From: a bacterium
Lineage (GTDB): Bacteria > SZUA-182 > DTGQ01
Length of the DNA stretch: 41,705 bases
NCBI GenBank assembly: GCA_040752695.1
Contig: JBFMGO010000041.1
Coordinates: 1-41,705, forward strand
Direction: 5' to 3'
Part shown: positions 18,748 to 29,171 of the stretch, piece by piece
Position numbering within the stretch: the stretch's first letter is position 1
Layout: every line of letters begins with the position of its first letter
Notes under the pieces: generated by a model
What the model was told of the DNA's origin: nothing
Seen by the model: the letters and a program-made list of their open reading frames with translations, nothing else
Databases searched by the model: none
Position numbers and translations under genes: made by a program

Positions 18748-20004
18748 TCATTCCCGAATCTGGCCATCACCGAAGATGATATATTTGGTGGTGGTCAGAT
18801 CCTGTGCTCCCATCGGGCCTCGTGCGTGCAGCTTTTGTGTGCTGATGCCGATTTCGGCCCCAAGTCCGAAGGCCCCTCCATCCGTAAAGCGCGTAGATGC
18901 ATTCACGTACACGGCGGCAGCATCCACCTCGCGCAAAAACCTTCTGGCCCGGCTGTAATCCCGGGTAACAATGGCTTCCGAGTGCATCGACCCATAGCGG
19001 GTAATATGATCGATGGCAGCATCAAGGTCATCCACCACCCGGACGGCTAAAATCAGGTCCAGGTACTCGGCATACCAGTCGTCCTCGGTGGCGGGAATAA
19101 CATCCGGAACGAGCGCCTGTGTCTTTGGGCAGCCCCGAATCTCCACCCCTGCCTCCCTCAGTTGTGCGATCGTGGGGGGGAGGAATTCAGTGGCAATATT
19201 CCGGTGCACCAGCAGGGTTTCCATGGCGTTGCATACGCCCGGCCGCTGCACTTTGGCATTCATGACAATCCGTGCGGCCATGGCCTGATCGGCCTGATCA
19301 TCTATATAGGTGTGGCAGACGCCTTTATAATGCTGAATGACCGGAATGGTCGATTTTTCCGTCACCGTACGGATGAGGGTCTCACCGCCCCTGGGGATGA
19401 CCACATCGATATATTCATTCAAAGTCAAAAGTTCCATGACAGCCTGCCGATCGGTGAGAGAAACCAACTGAACGCTCTCTTTGGGAATCCCGGAATTTTG
19501 CAGGGCAGTTTGAATGACCTCGGCAATGGCCATATTGGAGTGAATGGCTTCGGATCCGCCGCGCAAGATTACGGCATTCCCCGCTTTCAGACACAGGCCG
19601 GCAGCATCTGCGGTTACATTGGGCCTGGCCTCGTAAATGATGGCTATCACTCCAAGGGGAACCCTCAACTGGCCGATTTCAAGGCCATTGGGCCGCTTCC
19701 ACATCCGGTCCATGGAACCCACAGGATCGGGTTGTGCGGCGATCTCGCGTAATCCTTGAGCCATAGCTGCTATTCGTCCGGGAGTCAGAGTCAGGCGATC
19801 AATCATGGCCTTTGTAAGCCCCTTTTGCTCTCCGGCTTCCACATCGCTCCTGTTGGCTGTCAGAAGCTTTTCAGCCTGCTTTTCGATTCCATCCGCCATC
19901 TGCATAAGGGCCCGATCCTTGATTGCCGAGGGCAGGACGGCCAGTTTACGGGCAGCATTTTTAGCCTCCTGTGCCAGAGCTGATACGGTTTGTCTTATGT
20001 CCAT
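18748..20004 (-). CDS. proA: Gamma-glutamyl phosphate reductase
   Basis: IIYEARPNVT, CNAMETLL, NASTRFTDG, EIGISTQKLHARGPMG. Confidence 0.98.
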   Translation of the reverse strand: MDIRQTVSALAQEAKNAARKLAVLPSAIKDRALMQMADGIEKQAEKLLTANRSDVEAGEQKGLTKAMIDRLTLTPGRIAAMAQGLREIAAQPDPVGSMDRMWKRPNGLEIGQLRVPLGVIAIIYEARPNVTADAAGLCLKAGNAVILRGGSEAIHSNMAIAEVIQTALQNSGIPKESVQLVSLTDRQAVMELLTLNEYIDVVIPRGGETLIRTVTEKSTIPVIQHYKGVCHTYIDDQADQAMAARIVMNAKVQRPGVCNAMETLLVHRNIATEFLPPTIAQLREAGVEIRGCPKTQALVPDVIPATEDDWYAEYLDLILAVRVVDDLDAAIDHITRYGSMHSEAIVTRDYSRARRFLREVDAAAVYVNASTRFTDGGAFGLGAEIGISTQKLHARGPMGAQDLTTTKYIIFGDGQIRE

Positions 20005-20016
20005 GAAATTCTCCTC

Positions 20017-21204
20017 CTATAGAATGACCAGGTCATCCCGGTGAATAACTTCATCATAGTATTTATAGCCAAGAAGGCTCTCGATCTCTCCCGATTTTTT
20101 CCCCTTGATAACCTGCAGCTCCTCGCAATTGTAATTCACCAGCCCACGGGCGAATTCCCGTCCATCCGGGCCTACACACTGCACTAAATCTCCGACCCGG
20201 AAATTCCCCTCACTCTGAACGATTCCACTTGACAGAAGGCTCTTTTTTTCAACGAGCAGCATGTGGCGTGCGCCATCATCGACCACTAATTTCCCCTTCG
20301 GGCGAAGGGCATAGCCGATCCAGGCTTTTCGGCTGGTCAGTTTATCTTTTTCCGGAAAGAAAAAGGTTCCCGCATGCTCTTCTGGATGCGTTACAATGTG
20401 AGTAAGCATGTGGGGATTTTTGCCGTTGATAATCCAGGTGGCGATTCCGGATCTTGCCGCCTCCTGGGCGGCAAGGATTTTCGTCTGCATTCCTCCCGTA
20501 CCGATGAAGGAGGTCTTGCTCCTGGCATAATCCTTGATTTCCTCGGTGACTTTATCCACGAAAGGGATGGGGTCGCCCTGCATCTGCCCTCCTGCGTCAG
20601 TGGCATAGAGGCCATCCACATGGGAGAGAACGATCAAAAGGTCCGCACTGATCAAACCGGCCACCAAGCCGGACAGCCGGTCATTATCGCCGAACTTGAT
20701 CTCGTTGGTCACGACCGTATCGTTTTCATTGACGATAGGAACAACTCCGTACCGCAAGAGAGTGAAAAGAGTGTTCCGGCCATTGATGTACCGCTGGCGG
20801 TCACAGATATCATCAGTAGTCAATAAAATCTGGGCCACACTGCGGCCATTATCACCAAAAGCCGATTCCCAGGCCCTCATCAAAGAGCTCTGGCCAATGG
20901 CAGCAATAGCCTGCTTGTGCGGAATGGCGCGGGGCCGGGTCTTGAGGCCGAGTTTTTCCATTCCTGCCAGAATTGCCCCGGAAGAAACCACCACGATTTC
21001 GTAAGGCTTTTGTGACAGGACCGAAATTTCACGGGTCAGGGCCGCTACCGACTCTCTATTGAGAGCAAAGCCGTCACGGGCAATGACAGCACTGCCTACC
21101 TTGATGACAATCCGCCGGGCATTTTTGAGGATTTTCAGCTTTTCTTCCTGGAGGATTTTCAACTTTTCATCATTTCGGTCCACGTTTGCTTCCATAGATT
21201 CCAT
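20017..21204 (-). CDS. proB: Glutamate 5-kinase with PUA domain
   Basis: VIKVGS, VSSGAI, NENDTV, FGDNDRLS, GTGGMQTK; ATG at 21204 follows a G-rich SD (ORF track starts at 21225). Confidence 0.97.
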   Translation of the reverse strand: MESMEANVDRNDEKLKILQEEKLKILKNARRIVIKVGSAVIARDGFALNRESVAALTREISVLSQKPYEIVVVSSGAILAGMEKLGLKTRPRAIPHKQAIAAIGQSSLMRAWESAFGDNGRSVAQILLTTDDICDRQRYINGRNTLFTLLRYGVVPIVNENDTVVTNEIKFGDNDRLSGLVAGLISADLLIVLSHVDGLYATDAGGQMQGDPIPFVDKVTEEIKDYARSKTSFIGTGGMQTKILAAQEAARSGIATWIINGKNPHMLTHIVTHPEEHAGTFFFPEKDKLTSRKAWIGYALRPKGKLVVDDGARHMLLVEKKSLLSSGIVQSEGNFRVGDLVQCVGPDGREFARGLVNYNCEELQVIKGKKSGEIESLLGYKYYDEVIHRDDLVIL

Positions 21205-21214
21205 ATTCCCCCCC

Positions 21215-22231
21215 TTACCCTGCAAGTTCTGAAAGTGCCTTTTGAATGAGCCGAATTAAGGCTTTGGTATTTTCCCCGGTTGCCGCTGAAATTTTTAAGA
21301 AAGGGTACCCCTTCTCCAGGCAGAAATGCTCAATGGCCTGAAGCTTTTCTGTTGCCACATCATCGATTTTATTAGCTACAACGATCTGTTTTTTTTGGAT
21401 CAATGCCTGACTGTACAGCCTCATCTCTTCAAAAACCGTATAAAACGCTTCGATTGGGTCCGGGCCGGTACTGCGGGATACATCGATCAGATGCACCAAG
21501 AGGCGGCTTCTTTCAATGTGCCGTAAAAACCGGTCTCCCAGCCCGACTCCCTGATGCGCTCCCTGAATCAGGCCAGGGATGTCCGCTATGCAAAAGCTGC
21601 GATCAGGTTCGTCAAAGGGTGTATCGGTCAAGGCCATACCGAGATGAGGATAAAGAGTGGTGAATGGATAGTCGGCAATGCGGGGTTTGGCTGCTGATAT
21701 TTTTGAAATAAGGGTAGATTTTCCGGCGTTGGGCAAGCCGATCAGCCCGACATCAGCAATGAGCTTTAACTCCAGATACAGACGGCGTTCTTCACCCGGG
21801 GTTCCAGGTTCCGCGTACCGGGGTGCCTGGTTGGTCGAGGTGGCGAACCGGGCGTTACCGCGGCCCCTTCGCCCCCCTTGAGCTGCCACCAGGATGTCTC
21901 CGTCGGTTTTCAAGTCTCCCAGGAGCTCACCGCTGTACTCGTCTTTGACTATCGTTCCGACCGGGACCGTAATAGTGAGGTCTGCTCCTTTACGGCCCGA
22001 CTTTTTGTTTCCACTCCCGCTCGACCCCTTTTCAGCTTTGAAAATAGATTGATAGCGCAGGCTTAGCAACGTCCTGACTGACGATGATGCCGCAAGAAGA
22101 ACGCTCCCGCCATCTCCACCGTCACCACCGTCCGGTCCGCCCTTGGGAACGTATTTTTCTCTTCGAAAACTGACGCATCCCCTCCCGCCATCACCTGCTT
22201 TAACATGAATTACAACTTCATCAATGAACAT
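21215..22231 (-). CDS. obgE: GTPase ObgE/CgtA
   Basis: MFIDEV...GGPDGGDGG Obg fold, GLPNAGKST, YPFTT, DIPG, NKID. Confidence 0.98.
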   Translation of the reverse strand: MFIDEVVIHVKAGDGGRGCVSFRREKYVPKGGPDGGDGGDGGSVLLAASSSVRTLLSLRYQSIFKAEKGSSGSGNKKSGRKGADLTITVPVGTIVKDEYSGELLGDLKTDGDILVAAQGGRRGRGNARFATSTNQAPRYAEPGTPGEERRLYLELKLIADVGLIGLPNAGKSTLISKISAAKPRIADYPFTTLYPHLGMALTDTPFDEPDRSFCIADIPGLIQGAHQGVGLGDRFLRHIERSRLLVHLIDVSRSTGPDPIEAFYTVFEEMRLYSQALIQKKQIVVANKIDDVATEKLQAIEHFCLEKGYPFLKISAATGENTKALIRLIQKALSELAG

Positions 22232-22246
22232 CAGATATCATAAACA

Positions 22247-22498
22247 TCAGGCATAAATACTGACTTGTCTTTTCGTTTTGCCTTTCCTCTCAAATTTGAC
22301 AATCCCGTCTGCCAAGGCAAACAGCGTATCATCCGAGCCGCGGCCGACATTCATGCCAGGATAAATTCTCGTTCCCCTCTGTCGCACCAGGATACTGCCG
22401 GCAGTGACTTTCTGCCCGTCGAATCTTTTCGCTCCCAGCCGCCTTCCTGCGCTGTCTCTTCCGTTAACAGAGCTTCCGCCAGATTTTTTATGAGCCAC
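22247..22498 (-). CDS. rpmA: 50S ribosomal protein L27
   Basis: [30 protein letters not shown]. Confidence 0.98.
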   Translation of the reverse strand: MAHKKSGGSSVNGRDSAGRRLGAKRFDGQKVTAGSILVRQRGTRIYPGMNVGRGSDDTLFALADGIVKFERKGKTKRQVSIYA

Positions 22499-22527
22499 GA
22501 TTGCATCTCCTCTTTACCTAAGAACGA

Positions 22528-22845
22528 TTAGACGGTACCGGGTAAAATTTCATCCACCCGGATGCTCGTATATTTCTGTCTATGTCCGATTTTCTTTCTG
22601 GAATTTTTCCTTCTTTTGTACTTGAAAGCGACCACCTTTTTGGCTTTTGTTTCACCCATGATGGTCGCCCGCACCTTTGCGTCGCTCACGTCCTGGCCGC
22701 AGCTGATCCTGTCATCATCGGCAATCATCCGCACCTTTGCGAACTCTACCTGTGCACCTTTTTCGCCATCGAGTTTTTCGACGGCAATAATATCTCCCGG
22801 CGAGATCTTATATTGCTTCCCGCCCGTTTCAATCACTGCATACAT
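22528..22845 (-). CDS. rplU: 50S ribosomal protein L21
   Basis: MYAVIETGGKQY, GHRQKYT; ATG at 22845 is well spaced from AGGAGG. Confidence 0.98.
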   Translation of the reverse strand: MYAVIETGGKQYKISPGDIIAVEKLDGEKGAQVEFAKVRMIADDDRISCGQDVSDAKVRATIMGETKAKKVVAFKYKRRKNSRKKIGHRQKYTSIRVDEILPGTV

Positions 22846-22868
22846 GAACACTTACCTCCTAAAAGGCT

Positions 22869-24395
22869 TTACAAGACAACGATATCATATTGCTCATAGT
22901 GAAGCTCTGGATCACTTCGAACCGTAATTCGCTTATTGTATTTTCCTTCCAGATATTCCAAGAGCGCATCTTCCTGTTTATAAAAAAAAGCGGCAATATT
23001 GGGATGCGCCTTGATGAGAATTTCATCTCCCTTACACGATGGGGCCAGTCGGTCAATCTCACGCTGAATGGTCCGGCAAATGGTTAAGACGGATTTCACC
23101 CGCCCGGTCCCTTTGCAGTAAGGGCAGGGGGTGGTGAGGATATTGGACAGACTTTGCTTGATCCTTTTTCGGGTCATTTCAACCAGACCCAATTCGGTAA
23201 GCTGAAGCACCTTGGTCCGCATGCGATCGCGTTTCAATTCTTCCTCGAGCGCCTGGAGCAGTTTCGTGCGGTTTTCCTCACTCTCCATATCGATGAAATC
23301 GATAACGATAATTCCGCCCAGATCCCTGAGCCGCACCTGTCGTACGATTTCCTGAATGGCCTCCATGTTGATCTTGAAGATGGTTTCCTCGAGGCTCGTT
23401 TCTCCTACGAACTTGCCGGTATTGACATCAATGGCGATCAAGGCCTCGGTTTCATCGATCACGATATACCCGCCGGATTTGAGCCATACCTTCGGAGACA
23501 GAGCGTCCTCAATCTGGCGATCGATGTCGTATTCATCGAACATGGGTCTTTGCTTGGTGTAAAGCTTGACCCGGTCGGTCAGATTCGGAAGGAACGATTC
23601 GAGGAATTCATTACATCGGTCATATTCCTCTCGAGAGTCGATCACCAACTGATCGACATCGTTATTGAAGATATCTCTCAACGTCTTCAAGAGGATGTCC
23701 AACTCCCGATGGACCATGCAGGGCGCGGAGCAGTTATTGCTTTTGATCAGGATATTTTCCCACAGTTTCGACAGGTAATCGATATCGGCACGAAAATGCT
23801 TTTCGTCTTTTCCCTCTCCGACCGTCCGGACGATGTAGCCCACATTCGGTCTTTTCAGCCTGGTGATCAGATCCCGCAGCCGGGTTCTTTCCGTTTTATC
23901 TTCGATTCTTCGGGAGATACCGATATGGTCTACTGTCGGCATGAACACCAGATACCTGCCGGGAAGCGTAATATTGGTCGTGACACGTGCACCTTTTGTT
24001 CCGAGAGGCTCCTTGGAGACCTGGACCAGCACTTCCTGGCCCTCCTTCAGAAGATCTTCAATCGCAGCTCCGCTATAGTGGGAGGTGCTTTTCTCTTCCA
24101 CCAGGTCTTCGGTGCTATCGACAGCATCTATGACGTCGTCGGGCAGCATGATCTTGTCATAGTCCAACGAGGGGTCGGTGACATCGACCACATATAAGAA
24201 AGCGTCACGACCAATACCAATATCAACAAAAGCCGCTTGCATTCCGGGCAGAACTCGTGCTACTCTTCCTTTATAAATATTACCATTGATTCTCTTACTT
24301 CTACGCCTTTCGATATAGATTTCCGTTAATAAACGATTCTCTAATAAAGCGACGCGTTTTTCATAAGGATTGGCATTAATAATGATCTCTTTCAA
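22869..24395 (-). CDS. rng: Ribonuclease G/E family (RNase G-sized)
   Basis: GNIYKGRV.RVLPGMQAAFVDIG S1 domain, IDVNTG, LRDLGGIIVIDFIDM, CPYCKG Zn-link. Confidence 0.96.
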   Translation of the reverse strand: MKEIIINANPYEKRVALLENRLLTEIYIERRRSKRINGNIYKGRVARVLPGMQAAFVDIGIGRDAFLYVVDVTDPSLDYDKIMLPDDVIDAVDSTEDLVEEKSTSHYSGAAIEDLLKEGQEVLVQVSKEPLGTKGARVTTNITLPGRYLVFMPTVDHIGISRRIEDKTERTRLRDLITRLKRPNVGYIVRTVGEGKDEKHFRADIDYLSKLWENILIKSNNCSAPCMVHRELDILLKTLRDIFNNDVDQLVIDSREEYDRCNEFLESFLPNLTDRVKLYTKQRPMFDEYDIDRQIEDALSPKVWLKSGGYIVIDETEALIAIDVNTGKFVGETSLEETIFKINMEAIQEIVRQVRLRDLGGIIVIDFIDMESEENRTKLLQALEEELKRDRMRTKVLQLTELGLVEMTRKRIKQSLSNILTTPCPYCKGTGRVKSVLTICRTIQREIDRLAPSCKGDEILIKAHPNIAAFFYKQEDALLEYLEGKYNKRITVRSDPELHYEQYDIVVL

Positions 24396-24470
24396 ATTCG
24401 TACACCCAACATATTAGGATTTTGGCGTTCTTCGTGACTCAGGTATTTGACACGAACAGCGAAGTGTTTT

Positions 24471-24499
24471 ACTTTATGAAAAAAAGGCGCACTTGTCAA
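24471..24499 (-). promoter_or_regulatory. Sigma70 promoter for the rng-rplU-rpmA-obg run
   Basis: Minus strand TTGACA-17 nt-TAAAGT. Confidence 0.65.
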
Positions 24500-24563
24500 T
24501 TACTTTATTACGTTTATGCTTTTTATTTTGGTAAAGTAGCCTTATATTAAGGTTTCTCTTTCC

Positions 24564-24782
24564 CTATACTTCTTCCACTCCTTTGATCTGGGGTACGCTT
24601 TCTCTCAATTTTTTTTCTATGCCCATCTTGAGAGTCATTTTGGCCATAGCACAACCTGAGCAGGCACCGACGAGTTTCAGCTTGACTATGCCATCCTCGA
24701 CTCCTATCAGCTTCACGTCTCCCCCGTCGGCCTGCAATAGGGGACGAATCTCTTCAAGAGCTTTTTCCACCTCTTCAAACAT
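24564..24782 (-). CDS. NifU C-terminal/Nfu-type Fe-S carrier protein
   Basis: IRPLLQADGGDV...GACSGC...TLKMGIEK. Confidence 0.93.
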   Translation of the reverse strand: MFEEVEKALEEIRPLLQADGGDVKLIGVEDGIVKLKLVGACSGCAMAKMTLKMGIEKKLRESVPQIKGVEEV

Positions 24783-25049
24783 CTTTTTTCTCCTTTATCT
24801 AAACATGCGAAAGAAAACTGCTTAAATTTAAATATCATAGAGATATATAGCCAGTAAACAGAATCTCACAATTCTCATAGATTGTCAATATGATTTTCCC
24901 TGTCTCACGTACAACAGCAAAATCGACCGAAATATGAGCTGGAATAAGGCTGAAAGAAAAAATAACCTCATCGACCGGAAAACACCTCATGAGAATAAAA
25001 TTACCATAAAAACATGTACATAGCAAATATTTTTTTACAAAAAAAATCC

Positions 25050-25078
25050 TTTACATTGCTCACCAATTAATGTAGAAT
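25050..25078 (+). promoter_or_regulatory. Sigma70 promoter for the polyamine operon
   Basis: TTTACA-17 nt-TAGAAT. Confidence 0.6.
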
Positions 25079-25150
25079 AGCTCTCTTCTTTTCGTGGACT
25101 GCTTATTGACGAGCAAGGGAGGTATAATGGGCAAAGAAGGAGGGTAGCTT

Positions 25151-25546
25151 ATGAAAGCACTAGGCCGCCAAATACTCGCAGAATATTATGACTGTGATCA
25201 CGCTGTTTTAAACAGCCACACCCTTATTAAAGAAATTATGGAGAACGCTGCCAAAGAATGCAACGCCACCATAGTGAAAAGCGTATTTCATTTGTTTAAC
25301 CCACATGGAGTAAGTGGAGTAGTCGTTATTGCAGAATCACATCTGGCCATTCATACGTGGCCGGAGTATGGCTATGCTGCGGTAGATATTTTTACTTGCG
25401 GCGATACCGTAGATCCGTGGAAAGCGTTTGAATTCTTAAAAACAAAGCTGAAGGCTGCTTATTCTACAACCATGGAAATGAAAAGGGGACAACTGGATCT
25501 GAAAGATCAGCATCTTCCTTATAAGCCATTGGTAGAAACGCCTTAA
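25151..25546 (+). CDS. speD: S-adenosylmethionine decarboxylase proenzyme (pyruvoyl, SpeH/SpeD class 1B)
   Basis: [20 protein letters not shown]...DIFTCG; ES self-cleavage site. Confidence 0.95.
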   Translation: MKALGRQILAEYYDCDHAVLNSHTLIKEIMENAAKECNATIVKSVFHLFNPHGVSGVVVIAESHLAIHTWPEYGYAAVDIFTCGDTVDPWKAFEFLKTKLKAAYSTTMEMKRGQLDLKDQHLPYKPLVETP

Positions 25547-25669
25547 GCTACCAGGAGTACCATTGTCAGAAAACAGCAAGCCACGAGGAGCGGCGTTGTG
25601 AGAAACATCTTTTTATATGCAACAGGAAGAAAGTTTTTTTATTCAACATGAGGTAAGAGCTGCAACACT

Positions 25670-26137
25670 ATGATTATCAGGACACCTACAAAATATTTTA
25701 TGGTTGCCGGGGCCTCCGAAGGATATAGTCCGCTGAACGCCTTTGATGGCGCGCTGTTAGACGCCGGCATCGGAAACCTTAATTTGGTGAAGATGAGCAG
25801 CATTGTTCCCCCGCGATGTACAAGGATCGCTCCATGCCCCATTCCTGCAGGGTCTTTGGTTCCCGTAGCTTATGCTTCAATCGACAGCGATATGCAGGAT
25901 GAGGTCATCTCTGCCGGTGTAGCTGCCGCTTTCCCCTATGATCCGGATTACCCCGGCCTGATCATGGAGTATTCCGCCCAGGGGAGAAAGCAGGATATTG
26001 AAACCATCGTGCGTCACATGGCTGAGCAGGGGATGATTTTGCGAGGACAGGATATCAGGGAAATACAGAGTATTTCCATAGAGTACAGGGTCAAGAAAAT
26101 CGGTGCCGCCTTTGCCGGATTGGTCCTGTGGGATTGA
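25670..26137 (+). CDS. pdaD: Pyruvoyl-dependent arginine decarboxylase
   Basis: LNAFDGALLDAGIGNLNLVKMSSIVPP with the SS cleavage site; operon context. Confidence 0.9.
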   Translation: MIIRTPTKYFMVAGASEGYSPLNAFDGALLDAGIGNLNLVKMSSIVPPRCTRIAPCPIPAGSLVPVAYASIDSDMQDEVISAGVAAAFPYDPDYPGLIMEYSAQGRKQDIETIVRHMAEQGMILRGQDIREIQSISIEYRVKKIGAAFAGLVLWD

Positions 26138-26229
26138 GGCCGGTTTGGCAGGAGGTTTTTTTGTCTTGTCTGGATTGAGGTTAGATCAAAGGTTTGGAAT
26201 GAGGTTCTTTGCAGGTTCGAGGTTATAGA

Positions 26230-27084
26230 ATGGAACTTTGGTATACGGAAAAACATACAGAGAATACGGGAATTACCATTAAAGTTGTCGATTGCTTATT
26301 CGGAGGGAGAACAAAATACCAGGACATCGCTGTCCTTCATTCCCCCGAATACGGTAGAATTCTTTTATTGGATGGACTGGTCATGCTCACCGAACGGGAT
26401 GAATTCGTCTATCATGAAATGATCGCTCATGTTCCTCTTCTGTCTCACCCTGATCCTCGAAAAGTACTGGTTATCGGCGGTGGTGACGGCGGCACCGTTC
26501 GTGAGATATTAAAGCATCCTGGAATCGAACATATCGATCTGGTTGAAATCGATGAAGTGGTGATTGAAAAATGCAGGGAGTTTTTTCCCACTGTCAGTAA
26601 GGGACTGGATTCTCCGAAAGTGACTGTCCATGTTACTGACGGTATTGAATATGTCCGTAATGCTCCATCTGATTATGACCTGGTTATCATCGACTCCTCC
26701 GATCCGATCGGACCGGGAGAGGGACTGTTCGTAGAATCTTTTTATCAGTGTGTTTTCAATATCCTCCGGGAAGATGGCCTGATGGTTGCGCAATCCGAAT
26801 CCCCCTTTCTGCATGGGGAAATAATCAGCGCCATGTACCGTAGTCTCGATAAAGTCTTTCCGGTTTCAAGAATGTACCTGGCTTTTATTCCTACCTACCC
26901 GGCCGGCTGCTGGAGCTTCGCCTGGTGTTCCAAAAATGGGCGCACCCCGCTTGAATACCTCGATGTCAACCGCTACCAGGAACTGCAACCAAAGCCCAGG
27001 TATTACACTCCGGAAGTTCACCGCTCCTCTTTCAGTCTGCCTCATTTTATAAGGGAAATAGTGCCACATGGAAGTTCGCTTTAA
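26230..27084 (+). CDS. speE: Polyamine aminopropyltransferase (spermidine synthase)
   Basis: DEFVYHEM, VIGGGDGG, VEIDE, IIDSSDP, PTYP; ATG at 26230. Confidence 0.96.
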   Translation: MELWYTEKHTENTGITIKVVDCLFGGRTKYQDIAVLHSPEYGRILLLDGLVMLTERDEFVYHEMIAHVPLLSHPDPRKVLVIGGGDGGTVREILKHPGIEHIDLVEIDEVVIEKCREFFPTVSKGLDSPKVTVHVTDGIEYVRNAPSDYDLVIIDSSDPIGPGEGLFVESFYQCVFNILREDGLMVAQSESPFLHGEIISAMYRSLDKVFPVSRMYLAFIPTYPAGCWSFAWCSKNGRTPLEYLDVNRYQELQPKPRYYTPEVHRSSFSLPHFIREIVPHGSSL

Positions 27085-27955
27085 CCATCTGCGATTTCTC
27101 AACGCGAATGCAGACTATTCCTCCTCCCCCGTGGTAGTGCTCGGCTGTCCCTTTGATGGGACTTCGACCTATCAGCCCGGTTCGCGGTTCGCACCCAACG
27201 CTGTCCGGGAGGCATCTTTGGCGATTGAAAGTTACAGCCCAGAGCAAAATAAAGATCTGTCCTGTGTAAACCTATGTGATCTCGGCGATCTGGAATTGCC
27301 CTTTGGAAATACTTCAAGAGTTCTTGACCTTATTAATTTGGCCATCGATCAGGTGCTCAACGAACGAAAGGTTACTATCACCCTGGGAGGCGAGCATCTG
27401 ATCTCCCTACCTGTCATTACAGCCTTCAAAAAACACCACCCCGATCTCGTGGTAGTCCACCTCGATGCTCATGCAGACCTGAGAGAGGAGTATCTGGGGG
27501 AAAAGCTTTCTCACAGCACGGTCATGCGCAGGGTTCTGGAGGTGACGGGAGATTCGAACCTGATCCAGATAGGCATTCGGTCCGGTACTCAGGAAGAGTT
27601 CCTTCTTGCCCGCAGCATCGGCTGCCAGTACTCAATCCATCACGGCAATAACAACCGTAATACCACTGGAGACGACCTCAGGAAAATAGAGCGGAAAATC
27701 CAGGGCAAACCGCTCTACATCAGCCTCGATCTGGATGTCCTAGACCCATCGGTGCTCCCTGGAACCGGAACCCCTGAGCCGGGAGGCTTCACTTTTGCCC
27801 AACTGATGCAGGTCCTTTCCATCCTTCGTGCAGGAAATGTAGTGGGTATGGACATTGTAGAGCTGCTCCCCTACCAGACGCCTCATCAGGTAAGCAGTAT
27901 CGTGGCAGCCAAAATTATGAGAGAATCAATCCTGCTTTATTTCTCCTGCCCGTGA
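27068..27955 (+). CDS. speB: Agmatinase (ureohydrolase)
   Basis: GGEH, DAHAD, DLDVLDP, PGTGTPEPGG. Confidence 0.95.
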   Translation: MEVRFNHLRFLNANADYSSSPVVVLGCPFDGTSTYQPGSRFAPNAVREASLAIESYSPEQNKDLSCVNLCDLGDLELPFGNTSRVLDLINLAIDQVLNERKVTITLGGEHLISLPVITAFKKHHPDLVVVHLDAHADLREEYLGEKLSHSTVMRRVLEVTGDSNLIQIGIRSGTQEEFLLARSIGCQYSIHHGNNNRNTTGDDLRKIERKIQGKPLYISLDLDVLDPSVLPGTGTPEPGGFTFAQLMQVLSILRAGNVVGMDIVELLPYQTPHQVSSIVAAKIMRESILLYFSCP

Positions 27956-28090
27956 TATATGTCTTTTTCTCGGAAGATGAGACTTTGCCTGAGAATTTCC
28001 TTTCAGAATTCAATACTGAGAAGGCGAGACAACCTTTTTGCTGATGTCTCACTTTTGAGATTCCCTAAAGGGGAAAAGTGCCTTACGGCA

Positions 28091-29041
28091 TCAGGAAGCG
28101 ATCGTAGTCGCCAGACTGGCACTGGGGCATGAGTATCCCATCTCTTTTTGAGGGCGGATTACTTCACAGGTACATACCTCTTCAGGAACAAGGATGCATT
28201 CCCATTTGTGCAGATATCTGGCAATTTCCTTAACCAGGAGGGAGTGCAGCCCATGGCCGGCCTTATAAGCGGTTACATGGCCAATGATCGGCCGTCCGAC
28301 GAGAGAAATATCGCCGATGAAATCTATGATCTTATGGCAAACAAATTCATCATCGAATCGCAGAGCACCATTGAGAATGTGATAATCACCGACGACAATG
28401 GCATTGTCCAGTGAGCCGCCTTTAATCAGCCCTGCCTCCCGGAGCTGTTTTGCTTCATGTAAAAAACCAAAGGTTCTGGCACGGGAGATTTTCTTCAGAA
28501 AAGAGGCCTCAGTAATGGTATAGTGTGCTTTTTGCGTATTGATGAGAGGATGATTAAAATTGATGGTATAGGTGATCGCCAACTCTTCGGAAGGGGTGAT
28601 CCTGATAAATTTCTCCTCCGTTCCTACTTGAATGGTTTTTTTGATCTTGAGGTATTTTTTCGGTGCCGCCTGCTCAAGGATGCCTGCCTCCTGCAGTAAA
28701 AATACGAATGGGGCGGCACTGCCGTCCATGATGGGCACTTCGTCCGAATCGATCTCGATAATCAGATTATCTATACCTACACCAGCTAAGGCAGCCAGAA
28801 GATGTTCGACGGTCTGCACACTGATGCCGTTTTTAGATAAGGTAGTAGCATAATTTACCGTAGCCAGGTTCTGGTAAGATGCTTCGATCAGGCTTCCTTC
28901 ATGGGAAACATCGGTGCGTTTAAAGATAATTCCTGTATTTGGTTCGGCTGGGATAAGCGTGATTTTCGCTTTTTTTCCGGAATGGAGGCCGATGCCGGTA
29001 CAACCGATTTTCTCTCTGATGGTTCTTTGATAGTAAATCAT
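28091..29041 (-). CDS. lpxC: UDP-3-O-acyl-GlcNAc deacetylase
   Basis: QRTI, GIGLHSG, TVEHLLAAL, PIMDGSA, ARTFGF, HKIID, AGHGLH; alternative start at 29071. Confidence 0.97.
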   Translation of the reverse strand: MIYYQRTIREKIGCTGIGLHSGKKAKITLIPAEPNTGIIFKRTDVSHEGSLIEASYQNLATVNYATTLSKNGISVQTVEHLLAALAGVGIDNLIIEIDSDEVPIMDGSAAPFVFLLQEAGILEQAAPKKYLKIKKTIQVGTEEKFIRITPSEELAITYTINFNHPLINTQKAHYTITEASFLKKISRARTFGFLHEAKQLREAGLIKGGSLDNAIVVGDYHILNGALRFDDEFVCHKIIDFIGDISLVGRPIIGHVTAYKAGHGLHSLLVKEIARYLHKWECILVPEEVCTCEVIRPQKEMGYSCPSASLATTIAS

Positions 29042-29155
29042 TTTATGTCCTGCCTCTTTCGCTTGATTCATAACCTTTTCAACCGTCTTCAGGTATTATT
29101 GCTCAGGTATTCCTGCTTATGTTTATAATCGTGTAGATTTTTCAAAGGCTAAGGA

Positions 29156-29171
29156 TGCAACTTGTGTGCCA
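29156..29171 (-). promoter_or_regulatory. Sigma54 (-24/-12) promoter of lpxC
   Basis: Minus strand TGGCAC-ACAAG-TTGCA matches the TGGCAC-N5-TTGCW consensus. Confidence 0.8.

Noticed and set aside
19162..19752. 196-aa plus-strand ORF and similar short antisense ORFs across the housekeeping genes
   Set aside because: They overlap well-supported genes on the opposite strand and show no family motifs
23154..24197. 347-aa plus-strand ORF
   Set aside because: Antisense shadow of rng with no recognisable motifs
24835..25026. 63-aa ORF between the nfu-like gene and speD
   Set aside because: Lies in a divergent promoter region and has no recognisable features
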